The translations under genes and the position numbers were made by a program. The notes under the pieces are model-generated. The model saw only the letters and a program-made list of their open reading frames with translations. It was not told the origin of the DNA and searched no databases. From contig CAWDVP010000001.1 in the NCBI GenBank assembly GCA_963805945.1, positions 320,001 through 384,000 of the forward strand: a stretch of DNA of 64,000 nt, read 5' to 3'. This DNA comes from Vulcanimicrobiota bacterium. GTDB taxonomy: Bacteria > Vulcanimicrobiota > Vulcanimicrobiia > Eremiobacterales > Eremiobacteraceae. Of this stretch, positions 41,325 to 55,302 are shown piece by piece (position 1 is the stretch's first letter; every line of letters starts with the position of its first letter).

Positions 41325-41797
41325 TCTGGGACGCCGCGCGGTCGAAGCGCTACCGTTGTCTTGCCTAGCCAGATCACTCCACAGAGGATGGTATCGCCTG
41401 ACCTCGCCTCGAAACGAAGCGGTGGCGTCCGATTGCTCGCAGCGCGTACGGCTGCTGCCCGGCTATGGCTCTCCTTGGCGAATCGCGTATCTAATCGGGC
41501 GAGCGCCTCGCTTGAGCCGATGTGTCGATTGCCCGATCGCTTGCGCGCGGCTTGGACCTGCACGGCGGTCGGTTGTGGAAGTCGTGGCCAAGAATCGGCG
41601 GGCGACGACGCATGGTACGTGTCCCTTGCCGCCGACGTGCGTTTCTCCAGACTGCTTCTAAATGAAGCACCACGATCGGAAATCCCAAGAGCAGAGCGCT
41701 CGCCGAGGCTCAGCGATTCAGCGAGACGATAGCCGCTTTCTGAGAGGAACCGCCGTTCGCCCTCACCGGGCGTTGCGACGCTTGTGCGTGGCACCAT
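41321..41797 (-). CDS. Hypothetical protein heading the export cluster
   Basis: 158-aa Ser/Arg-rich ORF whose TGA overlaps the next ATG; no recognisable motif. Confidence 0.4.
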   Translation of the reverse strand: MVPRTSVATPGEGERRFLSESGYRLAESLSLGERSALGISDRGASFRSSLEKRTSAARDTYHASSPADSWPRLPQPTAVQVQAARKRSGNRHIGSSEALARLDTRFAKESHSRAAAVRAASNRTPPLRFEARSGDTILCGVIWLGKTTVALRPRGVPE

Positions 41798-41846
41798 AGG
41801 TGCGCCATGGTAGCCGTCGCCGGTTGCCGGTTTGTGAACACGAGAT

Positions 41847-42905
41847 TTAGAAGATGCGTGCTTCGACCGCCTTGAACGAGGCGTGGAGCTGTGCGCCCGG
41901 TTGTATCCCCAGCGCCGCCAACGAATGCGCGGTCACGCGCGCGCTGATCGGCGGACGCGATGCGAGGGAGACGCGGAACGCGCCTCGATCCGGCGCGATG
42001 CTCTCGACGACCCCGCTGAAGTGGTTGCGCGCGGACGTCACCGCGGCTGTCGTGGAAAGCGTAACCGCGTCTGGGTCCACCACGACGTCCACCGGCCCGC
42101 GGTAGTCGCCTTGCACCATCAGCTCGACGCCATGCGTGAGCACGGCGCTCGAGCCGTCGCCGAGCAGACGTGCTTCGCCGCGATAGAGGTTCGTGCCGGA
42201 GAACGACGCGACGTACGGGCTCGCGGGTCGGTCGCGCAAGGCTTGCAGATCGCCGGCCTGCACTACGCGCCCTTGCTCGAGCACGACGAAACGCTTCGCG
42301 AAGAGCATCGCCTCCGCCGGCTCGTGGGTCACGAGCACGGTCGCCGCGCCGATCGCCTCGATCGCACGGCGCAGCGCTTCGCGCACTTGAGGACGCAGGC
42401 GCATGTCGAGCGCGCTCAGCGGTTCGTCGAGCAGCAGTATGGGTGGTCGCAGCGCGATGGCGCGCGCGATGGCGACGCGCTGCGTCTCGCCGCCCGAGAG
42501 CGATAATGCTCGCTGGTCCCTGAGATGCGCGGCTTCGACCAGCGCGAGCGCGAAGAGCGCACGCTCCCTCGCTTCTCCTGTGTTCGCGCCCGCTGCGCGC
42601 AGACCGAACGCGACGTTTTCAAGCGCGCTCATGTGGCCGAAGAGCGCGCCGCGTGCGAAGACATAGCCGAGTTCGCGCCGATGCGGCGGCACGTCGATGC
42701 GGCGCGCGCTGTCGTACCACGGCGTGTCGCTTGCCGCGATGCGCCCGGTGAGCGGACGCATCAGCCCGGCGATACAGCGCAGCGCAGTCGTCTTGCCGGC
42801 CCCGCTCTCGCCGACGACCGCGATGGTCTCACCCGGCGCGGCATCGAGGCGGCACTGCAGCGCGAAACCCTTGGTCGCCGCTGCGAATTCTGCGTTGAGG
42901 CTCAT
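41847..42905 (-). CDS. modC: Molybdate ABC transporter ATPase with TOBE domain
   Basis: GESGAGKTT, VPPHRR, LSGGETQRVA, LLDEPLSALD, TSARN, SFKA. Confidence 0.9.
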   Translation of the reverse strand: MSLNAEFAAATKGFALQCRLDAAPGETIAVVGESGAGKTTALRCIAGLMRPLTGRIAASDTPWYDSARRIDVPPHRRELGYVFARGALFGHMSALENVAFGLRAAGANTGEARERALFALALVEAAHLRDQRALSLSGGETQRVAIARAIALRPPILLLDEPLSALDMRLRPQVREALRRAIEAIGAATVLVTHEPAEAMLFAKRFVVLEQGRVVQAGDLQALRDRPASPYVASFSGTNLYRGEARLLGDGSSAVLTHGVELMVQGDYRGPVDVVVDPDAVTLSTTAAVTSARNHFSGVVESIAPDRGAFRVSLASRPPISARVTAHSLAALGIQPGAQLHASFKAVEARIF

Positions 42906-43726
42906 CGCGAGGAGATCCGTGCTTGCAGGTAACGCGATGCGGCGAGCACCCCGAACGACACCGCGAGCAGGATGAGCGAGATGGCGATGGCGGCATCGAG
43001 GTCGGACTGGCCCTCTATGTACACCGCGATCGGCATCGTCTGCGTCACGCCGGGCAGATTCCCGGCGAAGGTGATCGTCGCGCCGAACTCGCCGAGCGCG
43101 CGCGCCCAGGCAAGCGCGAGCGCCGCGCCGAGCGCCGGCAGGACGGGCGGGATGACGACGCGCAGCGCGGTGTAGCTCCACGACGAGCGCAGCGTCGCGG
43201 CGGCGTCGAGCATCTCCGGATCGGTCTGCTCGAACGCGCCTTTGGCGGCGATGATGTAGAGCGGCGCGGCGACCAGCGTCTGCGCCATGACGACCGCGGC
43301 GAGCGTGAACGGCAGCTCGATGCCGAACGCGCGCAGCGCGTGCCCGAGCAAGCCCATGCGCCCGAACGCGAGCAATAGCGCGAGCCCCGCCACGACAGGC
43401 GGCAGCACCACAGGCAGGCTCACGAACGCCTCGAGCAGCGTACGGCCGCGGAAATCCCGCGCGAGCAGCAGCGCCACCGGCGTGCCGGTGACGACGATGA
43501 TGAGCGCGCTCAGTGCGGTCGTCTCGAGCGATACGAGCAGCGCCTGACGCACGACCTCGCGGTTGAGCGCGGCGAGGATGCCGGCAGCCGGCGCGTGGAC
43601 GACCAGCGCCACCAAGGCGACGGCTACCAATCCTAGGAAGAGCGCCGCAAGCACCGCGGCGCTGATCGATAGCGTCGCGTCGCGCAGCTGCGCCGACGAG
43701 CGGTTAGGGACGGCCGCGGAAGCCAC
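42902..43726 (-). CDS. modB: Molybdate ABC transporter permease
   Basis: LPVVLPPVVAGLALL, WARALGEFGATITFAGN, TQTMPIAVY. Confidence 0.93.
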   Translation of the reverse strand: MASAAVPNRSSAQLRDATLSISAAVLAALFLGLVAVALVALVVHAPAAGILAALNREVVRQALLVSLETTALSALIIVVTGTPVALLLARDFRGRTLLEAFVSLPVVLPPVVAGLALLLAFGRMGLLGHALRAFGIELPFTLAAVVMAQTLVAAPLYIIAAKGAFEQTDPEMLDAAATLRSSWSYTALRVVIPPVLPALGAALALAWARALGEFGATITFAGNLPGVTQTMPIAVYIEGQSDLDAAIAISLILLAVSFGVLAASRYLQARISSR

Positions 43727-44489
43727 GGGCGGTGAGCGACGCCTGTCCGTCGCTTGAGAGCACGTAGTCCACGAACGCCTGCGCGAGCGCGGCGTTGCCG
43801 CTTCTCTTCACGACGGCGATCGGATAGGCGGCCACCTCTTGGTCCTCGTCGGGGATCGGGAAGCTGCGCATGCGGATGCCGCTCGCTTGCACGACGTCGG
43901 AGGCGTACGCGAAGCCCGCGTCGGCTTCGCCCAGCAGCACCTTTTGGACGACGCCCTCGACGTTCTGCTCCAGGGTGACGACGTTGCGCTGCACCTGCTT
44001 GCCGTAGTCGGGCCAGAAGTGCGGGTCGGCGCTCATCTTCTGCAAGGCGACGCGTGTGTAGCGCCCACATGGCACTTCTTCGGCGCAGATCGCGAGCTTG
44101 AGGTTGTCGTGCGTGAGATCGCGCAGCGAGCGGATTTCGAGGTCGAACTGCAGGATCGCGACGAGGCTGTTGCGCGCGAAGGCGACCGGCGCGTTGACGA
44201 GTCCCGCATCCGTGGCCTTGCTCATGGAACGCTGGTCGGCGCTCGCGAAGACGTCGGCTGGCGCGCCGTTGGCGATCTGCGTCTCGAGGATCTGGCTGCC
44301 GTCGAAGTTGAGCCGCACGCTGACGCCGGGATGCGCCGCCTCGAACTTGGCGGCGATGTCGGTGAAGGCGTTGTGCAGCGAGGCTGCGGCGAACACGGTG
44401 AGCGTCTGCGACGCGGCCGCAGACGGCTGCCCGGTGCAGAGCGAGAGCGCTGCCGCACAGAGCAGCGCACGCGAAACAGGCACTCTCAT
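43704..44489 (-). CDS. modA: Molybdate ABC transporter substrate-binding protein
   Basis: Signal peptide, VFAAASL, GAPADVFASA, VPCGRY, GEADAGFAYASD. Confidence 0.93.
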   Translation of the reverse strand: MRVPVSRALLCAAALSLCTGQPSAAASQTLTVFAAASLHNAFTDIAAKFEAAHPGVSVRLNFDGSQILETQIANGAPADVFASADQRSMSKATDAGLVNAPVAFARNSLVAILQFDLEIRSLRDLTHDNLKLAICAEEVPCGRYTRVALQKMSADPHFWPDYGKQVQRNVVTLEQNVEGVVQKVLLGEADAGFAYASDVVQASGIRMRSFPIPDEDQEVAAYPIAVVKRSGNAALAQAFVDYVLSSDGQASLTARGFRGRP

Positions 44490-44552
44490 AAGGAAGGCTT
44501 CCGCGGCTTTGCGCGCGGCGCCGTTGTGCGTGGTGCACAAAGCGGGGCGAGC

Positions 44553-44578
44553 CGGTCGAATAAATTCGACCGCTCCAT
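44553..44578 (-). repeat. REP-like palindrome family A copy
   Basis: CGGTCGAATAAATTCGACCGCTCCAT upstream of modA. Confidence 0.9.
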
Positions 44579-44591
44579 CGAGGTTCGTGGT

Positions 44592-46130
44592 CTAGCGGGG
44601 GTTGTAGCCGATTTCGACGGTGCGCAGCTTCTGCTCGACGTCGGCGGTCTGCGGGGTGACGGGCTCGCAGCGGTACATCTTGCTCACGACGTCGGCTGGC
44701 GTCTTGTGGTCTGACGGATCGTGCTTGGCCATGTTGTATGCCACGGCAAGCCCCTTGACGATCCGCCCGAAGGTGCTGAAGTTCTCGTCGAGGTGCAGCT
44801 GCGGGGACTCCGTCATGTAGTACTGGCTGCCGGCGGAGTCGTAGATCGGCCGGTTGGTCGTGTCGCTGTAGTCGAGCCCGAACGCGATCACGCCCGTGAG
44901 CTGCTCGATCGGGTTCACCTCATCGGGCACGTTGAAGCCCGGGCCGCCGTTGCCGTTGGGCTTGTCCGCATCCGGGTCGCCGCCTTGGAGGACGAAGTCG
45001 AGGATGACGCGGTTGAACGTGGTGTTGTTGTAGAAACCGGTGTCGACCATGTGCACGAACGCGTCGACGGTGTACGGCGCGGCATCCGGGAACAGCTCGA
45101 CCACGATGACGCCCTTGTTCGTGACGATCGCCACCTGCGGATGGTCCCCGGACGGTGCAGACGTCGGCAGCGCCTTCGGCTCGACGCGGTCTTCCGCTGG
45201 CACCGCCGGCGGGCGCAGGTCGACGATGGTGCCGGTGTCCTTCAAGATGTCGAGCGTGTTGCGCACTTCGACGCGCACGCGCCACGAGGGGTCGCCCACC
45301 AAGAGCCGGACGGGGATGACGAACGTCTTGTCCTTGAGCCTGCCGACGGCTTTGACCGCGTACAGACGGACCAGCTCTTCTTGATCGGTGAGCATGGTGC
45401 GCAGCAGCCCAGGATTGGTGTCGTAATACGCGCGATAGATGGCCCACGCCATTCGCCAGCGCGTCTCTTGGTCGCGTTCGGTGACGAACGCGCTGTCGAG
45501 CGTCTTGCCCGCCTGGTCCTTGAGCGGCTGCGTGAGCGCCGGCTTGCTGGCGAACGTCGACTCGCCCAATCCGATGGCGGCCTTGCCGCGCACGAATGCG
45601 TTCGGACTGTTGAGCAGATCGATGAGCGTGCCCACCGCTTCGGCGCCACCGATGCGGCCGAGCGAATCTGCCGCAGTGCCGGCGACGAGCGGCGAGCCGT
45701 GCATCGCGGCCATGCGTAGCGTGGGCACTCCCTCCGCCGACGCGATCACGCCGAGGCCGAATGCCGCCGCAGCTTTGACGTTCTCGGGCTGCGTGCCCGA
45801 CGTGAGCAGCGGCGTCAGCAACGCGACGCCTTGCGTCTTGCGCAGCCGCCCGATGGCGATCGCCGCGCGCGCGACCACGGCCGGATCGCTCGACGCCAGA
45901 AACGGTTCGAAGGCGGTCGGTGCCGTTGCACGATTGCGTTCGAGCTTGCCGATCTGGCCGAACGGCGATGTATCGGGCAGGCTCGGCGTCGGCGGCCCGA
46001 TCCCTTTGGTGGCGATCGGCTGCGGTGATCCTGTGCCGGTCGGCGATGGTGCAGGCGTGGGAGTGGCGGCGGTCAGAGCGAGCAGCACGAGCGCGGCGGC
46101 GCCGACCGCGAGGGAGCGTTCAAATCTCAT
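44592..46130 (-). CDS. Secreted HEAT-repeat protein with cyclophilin-type peptidyl-prolyl isomerase domain
   Basis: Signal peptide, HEAT repeats ([18 protein letters not shown]), [11 protein letters not shown]...[15 protein letters not shown]. Confidence 0.88.
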   Translation of the reverse strand: MRFERSLAVGAAALVLLALTAATPTPAPSPTGTGSPQPIATKGIGPPTPSLPDTSPFGQIGKLERNRATAPTAFEPFLASSDPAVVARAAIAIGRLRKTQGVALLTPLLTSGTQPENVKAAAAFGLGVIASAEGVPTLRMAAMHGSPLVAGTAADSLGRIGGAEAVGTLIDLLNSPNAFVRGKAAIGLGESTFASKPALTQPLKDQAGKTLDSAFVTERDQETRWRMAWAIYRAYYDTNPGLLRTMLTDQEELVRLYAVKAVGRLKDKTFVIPVRLLVGDPSWRVRVEVRNTLDILKDTGTIVDLRPPAVPAEDRVEPKALPTSAPSGDHPQVAIVTNKGVIVVELFPDAAPYTVDAFVHMVDTGFYNNTTFNRVILDFVLQGGDPDADKPNGNGGPGFNVPDEVNPIEQLTGVIAFGLDYSDTTNRPIYDSAGSQYYMTESPQLHLDENFSTFGRIVKGLAVAYNMAKHDPSDHKTPADVVSKMYRCEPVTPQTADVEQKLRTVEIGYNPR

Positions 46131-47404
46131 TCGTTATGCCAATAGTCTTTGAGCGCTTTGCCGCGGCTCGGGTGGCGCAGCTTGCGCAGCGCCTTCGCCT
46201 CGATCTGGCGGATGCGCTCGCGGGTGACGCCGAACTCCTGGCCCACTTCTTCGAGCGTGCGCTGGTGGCCGTCTTCGAGCCCGAAGCGCAGCACGAGCAC
46301 CTTGCGTTCGCGCTCGGTGAGGTTCTGCAGCACGTCGCCCATCTTCTCTTTGAGCATCGTCACCGATGCCGCTTCCGCCGGCGCCACCGCGTCGGGATCC
46401 TCGATGAAGTCGGAGAGATGGCTGTCCTCTTCTTCGCCGATCGGCGTCTCGAGCGAGATCGGCTCTTGCGCGATCTTCATGACCTCGCGCACCTTGTCGG
46501 GCGTGAGGCCCATCTCTTCGGCGATCTCTTCCACCGAAGGATCGCGGCCGAGCTCTTGCAGCAACTGGCGGGAGATCTTGACGAGACGGTTGATGGTCTC
46601 GACCATGTGCACCGGGATGCGGATGGTGCGTGCCTGGTCGGCGAGCGCGCGCGTGATGGCCTGGCGGATCCACCACGTCGCATAGGTGGAGAACTTGTAG
46701 CCCTTCTTGTAGTCGAACTTCTCGACCGCGCGGATCAGGCCGAGATTGCCTTCCTGGATGAGGTCGAGGAAGAGCATGCCGCGGCCGACGTACTTCTTCG
46801 CGATGCTCACCACGAGCCGCAGGTTGGCCTCGGTGAGGTCGCGTTTGGCGCCGTCGCCGATGTCGAGGATCTCTTGATCGCCGGGCGCGCCGTTGAGCCG
46901 CGCGCGCTCGCGCTCCTCTTCGGCGTGTTCGATCTTCTTGGCGAGGTCTTGCTCTTGCGCCATCCCAAGCAGCGGCACGCGGCCGATCTCCTTGAGATAC
47001 ATCCGTACGGGATCGTCGAGCGCGATGCCGGGCGGCACCGGGATCTCGACGGGCTCGGGCTCGACGACGACCTTCTTGACGACGGCGGCTTCGCTCTGCT
47101 CGTCGTCATCGTCGTCGTCGTCGGCCACGGTGAGATCGGGCATCTCGGTGATCTCGATGCTCTGGCCCATGATCTCTTCGACGAGCTCGTTGCCCTTCTC
47201 CGGATCGTCCTCGTCGTAGGCGGCGGAGATCGCCGCGATCTCGTCATAGGTGAGGAAGCCCTGCTTCTTGCCCTTTTCGATGAGCGTCTTCACCGCCGCT
47301 TCGCGCGGCACGAGCACGCCGGCGGGCTGGCCGTTGGCGGATGCTTCGGCGTTCGCGGGTGGTGATGCGACGGTTTTCGTCTTCGGCTTCTTGCCGGGGC
47401 TCAC
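46127..47404 (-). CDS. rpoD: Primary RNA polymerase sigma factor
   Basis: Region 1.1, [56 protein letters not shown]. Confidence 0.98.
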   Translation of the reverse strand: MSPGKKPKTKTVASPPANAEASANGQPAGVLVPREAAVKTLIEKGKKQGFLTYDEIAAISAAYDEDDPEKGNELVEEIMGQSIEITEMPDLTVADDDDDDDEQSEAAVVKKVVVEPEPVEIPVPPGIALDDPVRMYLKEIGRVPLLGMAQEQDLAKKIEHAEEERERARLNGAPGDQEILDIGDGAKRDLTEANLRLVVSIAKKYVGRGMLFLDLIQEGNLGLIRAVEKFDYKKGYKFSTYATWWIRQAITRALADQARTIRIPVHMVETINRLVKISRQLLQELGRDPSVEEIAEEMGLTPDKVREVMKIAQEPISLETPIGEEEDSHLSDFIEDPDAVAPAEAASVTMLKEKMGDVLQNLTERERKVLVLRFGLEDGHQRTLEEVGQEFGVTRERIRQIEAKALRKLRHPSRGKALKDYWHNE

Positions 47405-47411
47405 GGTGGGG

Positions 47412-49190
47412 TCACTCCTCTGTTCTGTGATGATCGTCGACGCTGCCAGACAGCGAAACGCGCAGCGCGTTGTACTCCTCGCGCAGCGGAGCCGGGACTT
47501 CCTGGCCTGATGAGAAGAGCACTTTCAATTCTTCGTCGAGCGACGAAAGCCTCCGCTCGAGACGCTTGCGCGCGAAGCGTTCGGCGATGCGCGTGAGGCG
47601 GTGCTCCTCGTCTTCCGACGTGAGCGGCGGCGAGGCCAGCGACAGCCGCGTCAGCTCGACCACCGACGGGTCGTCGGCGAAAAGCGTGAGCGGGTTCACT
47701 CCTTGCGCCAGGTCGTCGACGTGCGCGGCGAGCCGTTCGTAGACGCCGCGCTCCACCGGCTCTTCGAAGTCCTCAGGCGCCACGTGCTCGAGCGCGACGG
47801 CCAGCAGCTCCGGTCGCGACAGCACGAGCTGCAGCAGTTCGCGCTCGACGTTCATCGGCGCCGACGCGGTCGGCGGCGCGCGGCGGATCGCTGCTCCATC
47901 GGCGGCGGGACGCTGCGTTTGCGCGTGCGGCGGCCCGATGCGCGCCTGGCGCAGCGCGGCTTCGCTCACGTCGAGCCGGCGCGCCATCGCCTTGATGTAT
48001 TGATCGCGCTCGATGGGATCGCGCACCTGCGCGATGACGCCCATCGCCTCGCGCGCGACGTCGCTCTTGCTCGCGAAGTTCGACGCGATGCGCTTGCAGG
48101 CTTGGTCGATCTTGAAATCCACCCAGCGCGCGCCCTCGACCAGCAGCGAGGCGAACGCCGCCGGACCGCCCTCGAGCACGATCTCGTCGGGATCCTTGCC
48201 CGCCGGCAGCACGACGATGTTCACCGCCAAGCCTTCTTCGACGAGCATGTCGATGCTGCGCGCGGTCGCCGCTTGGCCGGCCGCATCGCCGTCGAAACAC
48301 AAATACAGCCGGCTGGCGACTCGGCGCAGCTCGCGCGCCTGCTCAGGGGTGAACGCGGTGCCGAGACTCGCGACGGCGTTCTTGAAGCCCGCCTGATGCA
48401 GCGCGATCGCGTCGAGGTAGCCCTCGACGACGATGAGCGTGTCGTCGGCGGCGGCGGCGCGGCGTGCGAGATGCAGTCCGTACACGTGCTGGCGCTTCTC
48501 GTACACCGACGTGCTCGGCGTGTTGAGATACTTCGGCGTCTCGTCGCCGAGCGCGCGGCCGCCGAAGGCCATCACCTCGCCGGTGAGGTTGTAGATAGGC
48601 AGCATGAGCCGATTGCGAAAGAAATCGTAATAGCCGGTCTTGTGGCTGATCAGCCCGGCGCGCTCCGCAAGCTGCATGTCGACGCCGGCGCGTTCGAGCG
48701 CCTTGCTCAGACCCTCCCAGCCATCGGGCGCGTAGCCGAGGCCGAAAGCGGCGGCGGTCTCGTCGGTGATGCCGCGCTTGTGCAGGTACTCGAGCGCGCG
48801 CTTGTCGCGGCGCAGCGCGTCGGCGAAGAAGCGTTGGGCGACCGCGTTGGCCTCGTAGATCGCCTCGCGCTCGCTGCGCCGGCGCTGCGCGCCGGGCGAT
48901 TCGGCCAGCGTGACGCCCGCGCGCGCGGCGAGCATGCGCAGCGCGGTCGGGAAATCGACGTTCTCGTATTTCTCGACGAATTTGATGAGATCGCCACCGG
49001 CGGCACAGCCATGGCAGTGCCAGACCTGCTTGTCCGCGTTGAGGTAGAACGAGGGTGTCTTCTCCGAGTGGAAGGGGCAGAGCCCGCGGTACTCGCGGCC
49101 TTGCTTCTTGAGGGTGACGTACTGGCTGACGTAGGCGAGCAAGTCCACTTTTGCTTGGACTTCCGCGACCGCGCCGGAATCGAAAGGCAT
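47412..49190 (-). CDS. dnaG: DNA primase
   Basis: [11 protein letters not shown]...CHGC zinc finger, PKYLNTP, VEGYLD, FDGDAAG, KDPD. Confidence 0.98.
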   Translation of the reverse strand: MPFDSGAVAEVQAKVDLLAYVSQYVTLKKQGREYRGLCPFHSEKTPSFYLNADKQVWHCHGCAAGGDLIKFVEKYENVDFPTALRMLAARAGVTLAESPGAQRRRSEREAIYEANAVAQRFFADALRRDKRALEYLHKRGITDETAAAFGLGYAPDGWEGLSKALERAGVDMQLAERAGLISHKTGYYDFFRNRLMLPIYNLTGEVMAFGGRALGDETPKYLNTPSTSVYEKRQHVYGLHLARRAAAADDTLIVVEGYLDAIALHQAGFKNAVASLGTAFTPEQARELRRVASRLYLCFDGDAAGQAATARSIDMLVEEGLAVNIVVLPAGKDPDEIVLEGGPAAFASLLVEGARWVDFKIDQACKRIASNFASKSDVAREAMGVIAQVRDPIERDQYIKAMARRLDVSEAALRQARIGPPHAQTQRPAADGAAIRRAPPTASAPMNVERELLQLVLSRPELLAVALEHVAPEDFEEPVERGVYERLAAHVDDLAQGVNPLTLFADDPSVVELTRLSLASPPLTSEDEEHRLTRIAERFARKRLERRLSSLDEELKVLFSSGQEVPAPLREEYNALRVSLSGSVDDHHRTEE

Positions 49191-49224
49191 GTCCGCTAGT
49201 TTGGCGCGCCCGAAGGGCGGGCCT

Positions 49225-50305
49225 TTACAGGTCCCATTCCCTTGGCGCAAGGCTCTCCGAGCCCGGGAACAGCGCCACGAACTGCTTGATCGCGAAGCGG
49301 TCGGTGAAGCCCGCGACGTAGTCGCACACGCGGCGCCCCGGCGTGTCCGCAGCGAGCGGTTCCTGGCCGAACATCTCCGGCAGCTCGTCCAGATGCTCCA
49401 TGTAATGACGGAAGAGGCGCTTCACGATGTTCTGCGCCTTCGGCTCTTCGCGTTTCGCCGCCTCGTTGAAGTAGACACGGGCGAACATGAACTCCTTGAT
49501 CGCCTCGACGGCCTCGAGCACCGGTTCCGAGAGCTTGATCTCCGCCGTGCCGCGGCATTGGTACACCATGTCCTGCACGACGGTCTCGATGCGGATCGGG
49601 CCGCGCGCCCCGAGCACCGAGATCGCCTTGGCCGGCAGCTCGCGCTCGCTGATGATGCCCGCGCGGATGGCGTCGTCGATGTCGTGGTTGATGTACGCAA
49701 GGCGATCCGCGTAGCGCACGATCTGGCCTTCGAGCGTGGACGGGATGTCCGCGTAGCCGGCGAGCGCGCCCTTGTTCTTGCTGTGCTTGGCGATGCCGTC
49801 GAGCACCTCATAGGTGAGGTTCAAGCCCACCTTATCGCCGCGCCGTTCGAGCAGTTCCACGACGCGCAGGCTCTGCTGCGAGTGCACGAACTGCGCGCCC
49901 TCGCTCGAATTCCGACCAGACTTCCGTGAGCGCCGACTCGCCGGCGTGGCCGAACGGCGAGTGGCCGAGGTCGTGGCCGAGCGCGATCGCCTCGGCGAGG
50001 TCCTCGTTGAGGCTGAGGCCGCGGGCGATCGTGCGCGAGATCTGCAGACCTCGAGCGTGTGCGTCATGCGCGTGCGGTAGTGGTCGCCGAGCGGCGAGAG
50101 GAACACCTGCGTCTTGTGCATGAGCCGCCGGAACGCTTTGGAGTGGATGATGCGGTCGCGGTCGCGCTGGAAACAGGTGCGCAGCGCGTCCTCGGGCTCC
50201 GAGCACGCGCCGGCCGCGCGAATTGCGCGCCAGCATGGCGTGCGGCGAGAGCATCGAGGCCTCGCGCGCCTCGAGCTCTTCACGGATCGACTGGGTTGTG
50301 CTCAT
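49225..50305 (-). CDS. dgt: dGTP triphosphohydrolase (frameshifts ~50210, ~50045, ~49915)
   Basis: [48 protein letters not shown] (other frame), [18 protein letters not shown]. Confidence 0.93.
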
Positions 50306-50346
50306 GCGTTCTCAATCACGCCGACGGGGCGCGGCGACGAGGTGTG

Positions 50347-50371
50347 CGGTCGAATAAATTCGACCGCTCCA

Positions 50372-50372
<1 letters not shown>
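50347..50372 (-). repeat. REP-like palindrome family A copy
   Basis: CGGTCGAATAAATTCGACCGCTCCAT, sharing one base with the ppdK stop codon. Confidence 0.9.
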
Positions 50373-53302
<2,930 letters not shown>

Positions 53303-53396
53303 AGTGGCGCTGCTCCCTGCTAACGTCTATAGAAGGCAAAAATAAGGCCTATTGGCTGTTCTTTGACGCGGGACATAAGAAGTCCCGCCGAGGAAC

Positions 53397-54711
53397 TCAG
53401 CGCAAGCGGTCTGCGAAGTAGGCGGCGAGCTGATCGATCGCCACGCGCACCTGCTCTTTGGTGTCGCGGTCGCGCACCGTGACGTCGTGCTTCTCGAGGC
53501 TGTCGTAATCCACCGTGACACAGTACGGCGTGCCGATCTCGTCCTGGCGGTAGTAGCGCTTGCCGACGTTGCCGGAGTCGTCGAACGTGGTGCGCAGTTG
53601 CGGCCGCAGCTCGCGTTCGATGCGCGTCGCCAGCTCGACGATGTCGGGCTTGTTGCGCACCAGCGGGAAGACGGCGACCTTGTACGGCGCGAGCCGCGGA
53701 TGCAGATGCAGCACGGTGCGATCGTCTTCGCGCTCGTAGGCGTCGATGAGGAAGACGAGCATCGCGCGATCGACGCCCAGGGCGGGCTCGATCACCGACG
53801 GCAGGTACTTCGCTTTGGACTCTTCGTCGAAGAACGACAGGTCTTTACCGCTCGCGTTCACATGCTGCGTGAGGTCGAAGCAGCCGCGGTGGGCGATGCC
53901 CTCGAGCTCGCCCCAGCCGAACGGGTAGTCGTACTCGAGATCGGTGGTCGCCTTGCTGTAGTGCGCCAGGTCCGCGCCTGCGTATTCGTGTTTGCGCAGG
54001 CGTTCGGCTTGCACGCCGAACGACAGCCACCACGCGTGGCGCTGCTCCACCCAGTAGTGGTACCAGCGCATGCTCTCCTCGTCGTCGTCGCCGGGGATGA
54101 AATACTCCAGCTCCATGAGCTCGAACTCGCGCGAGCGGAAGATGAAGTTGCCGGGCGTGATCTCGTTGCGGAACGCCTTGCCGATCTGCGCGATGCCGAA
54201 GGGCGGCTTCTTACGCGCGGCCTGATACACCAGTTTGAAGTCGACGAACATGCCTTGCGCGGTCTCCGGGCGCAGGTACGCCTCCGACGAGTCCTCTTCC
54301 ATCGCGCCGACGTAGGTCTTGAACATGAGATTGAACGCGCGCGGTTCGGTGAGCGTCTTGTTGCCGCAGGACGGGACACTGATCGCCCTTGAGATGGTCC
54401 GCGCGAAAGCGCTTCTTGCACGTCTTGCAGTCGACCATCATGTCGGTGAAGTTGTCGACGTGGCCCGACGCGCGCCAGACATCCGGGTGCATGATGATCG
54501 ACGACTCGATGCCGACGACGTCGTCGCGCAGCGCGACCATCTCGCGCCACCAGGCCTCGCGCACGTTGCGTTTCAGCTCGACGCCGGCGGGACCGTAGTC
54601 CCATACGCCGTTGAGCCCGCCGTAGATCTCGCTCGACTGGAAGATAAAACCGCGGCGCTTGCAGAGCGCCGTGATGTCTTCCATAGTCGGCTTCGGCCGC
54701 GAGGGACTCAT
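53397..54711 (-). CDS. glyQS: Glycine--tRNA ligase, homodimeric type, frameshifted near 54375
   Basis: [51 protein letters not shown]. Confidence 0.96.
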
Positions 54712-54730
54712 CGTCGGCTGGTTCGCACGC

Positions 54731-55300
54731 TCACGCGTGATTTCCGCTCGTCGCGGTCGGCGAAGGCGACGCGGCCGGGGCCGCGTGCCGCGCGCTGATC
54801 AGCTCTTGCGCGTACGGCTCGACGAGCGCGTGTCGATTGAGGAACAGGTCCGGCGCGCCGCTCGGCAGCGCTTCGTCCTCGCCCGCGGCGATCTCGTACG
54901 CCTTCTGGAATTTCGGTCCGGCTTCGCCGGTCTCCATGACGCCCATGATGTACGCGCGGATCAGCGCGTGCTCGTAGCCCTTGGCCTTCTGGTCGGCGAT
55001 CGTCCACACGACCGGCCGGAAGGGCTGGCGACGGTCGACGCCCCTGCCCGCGTAGTAGACGAGCGGGTCGTACGGCGGCATCATCTGCGGCGTCTTGACC
55101 TGGAGGACGATCGAGCCCTGATACTGTTTGAGCTCTTCGATGACCGCGGCCATGAGCGAGATGACCTCGACGCGATCGAACCCGCCCGGGCTCGGCGACG
55201 GCGAGGCGCTGTCGGCGCGTGCGCCGGCGGCGAACGCGGCGATCAACGCCGCTGCGCCGAGCGCCGCGACGACGACGGCGAAGCGCGAGCCGGAAGCGCG
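54731..55300 (-). CDS. Hypothetical secreted protein (start codon unclear)
   Basis: Signal-like [23 protein letters not shown] then SPSPSP linker and a globular segment; 3' part of ORF 54731..55639. Confidence 0.55.
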   Translation of the reverse strand, partial: RASGSRFAVVVAALGAAALIAAFAAGARADSASPSPSPGGFDRVEVISLMAAVIEELKQYQGSIVLQVKTPQMMPPYDPLVYYAGRGVDRRQPFRPVVWTIADQKAKGYEHALIRAYIMGVMETGEAGPKFQKAYEIAAGEDEALPSGAPDLFLNRHALVEPYAQELISARHAAPAASPSPTATSGNHA

Positions 55301-55302
55301 GA

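Noticed and set aside
41798..41850. Sigma28 or sigma54 promoter for the export cluster
   Set aside because: No convincing TAAA-N15-GCCGATAA or GG-N10-GC consensus found.
53397..54711. Pseudogene or programmed frameshift in glyQS (likewise relA, dgt)
   Set aside because: Essential or conserved genes, no slippery or stimulatory signals seen, and indels are widespread across the window.
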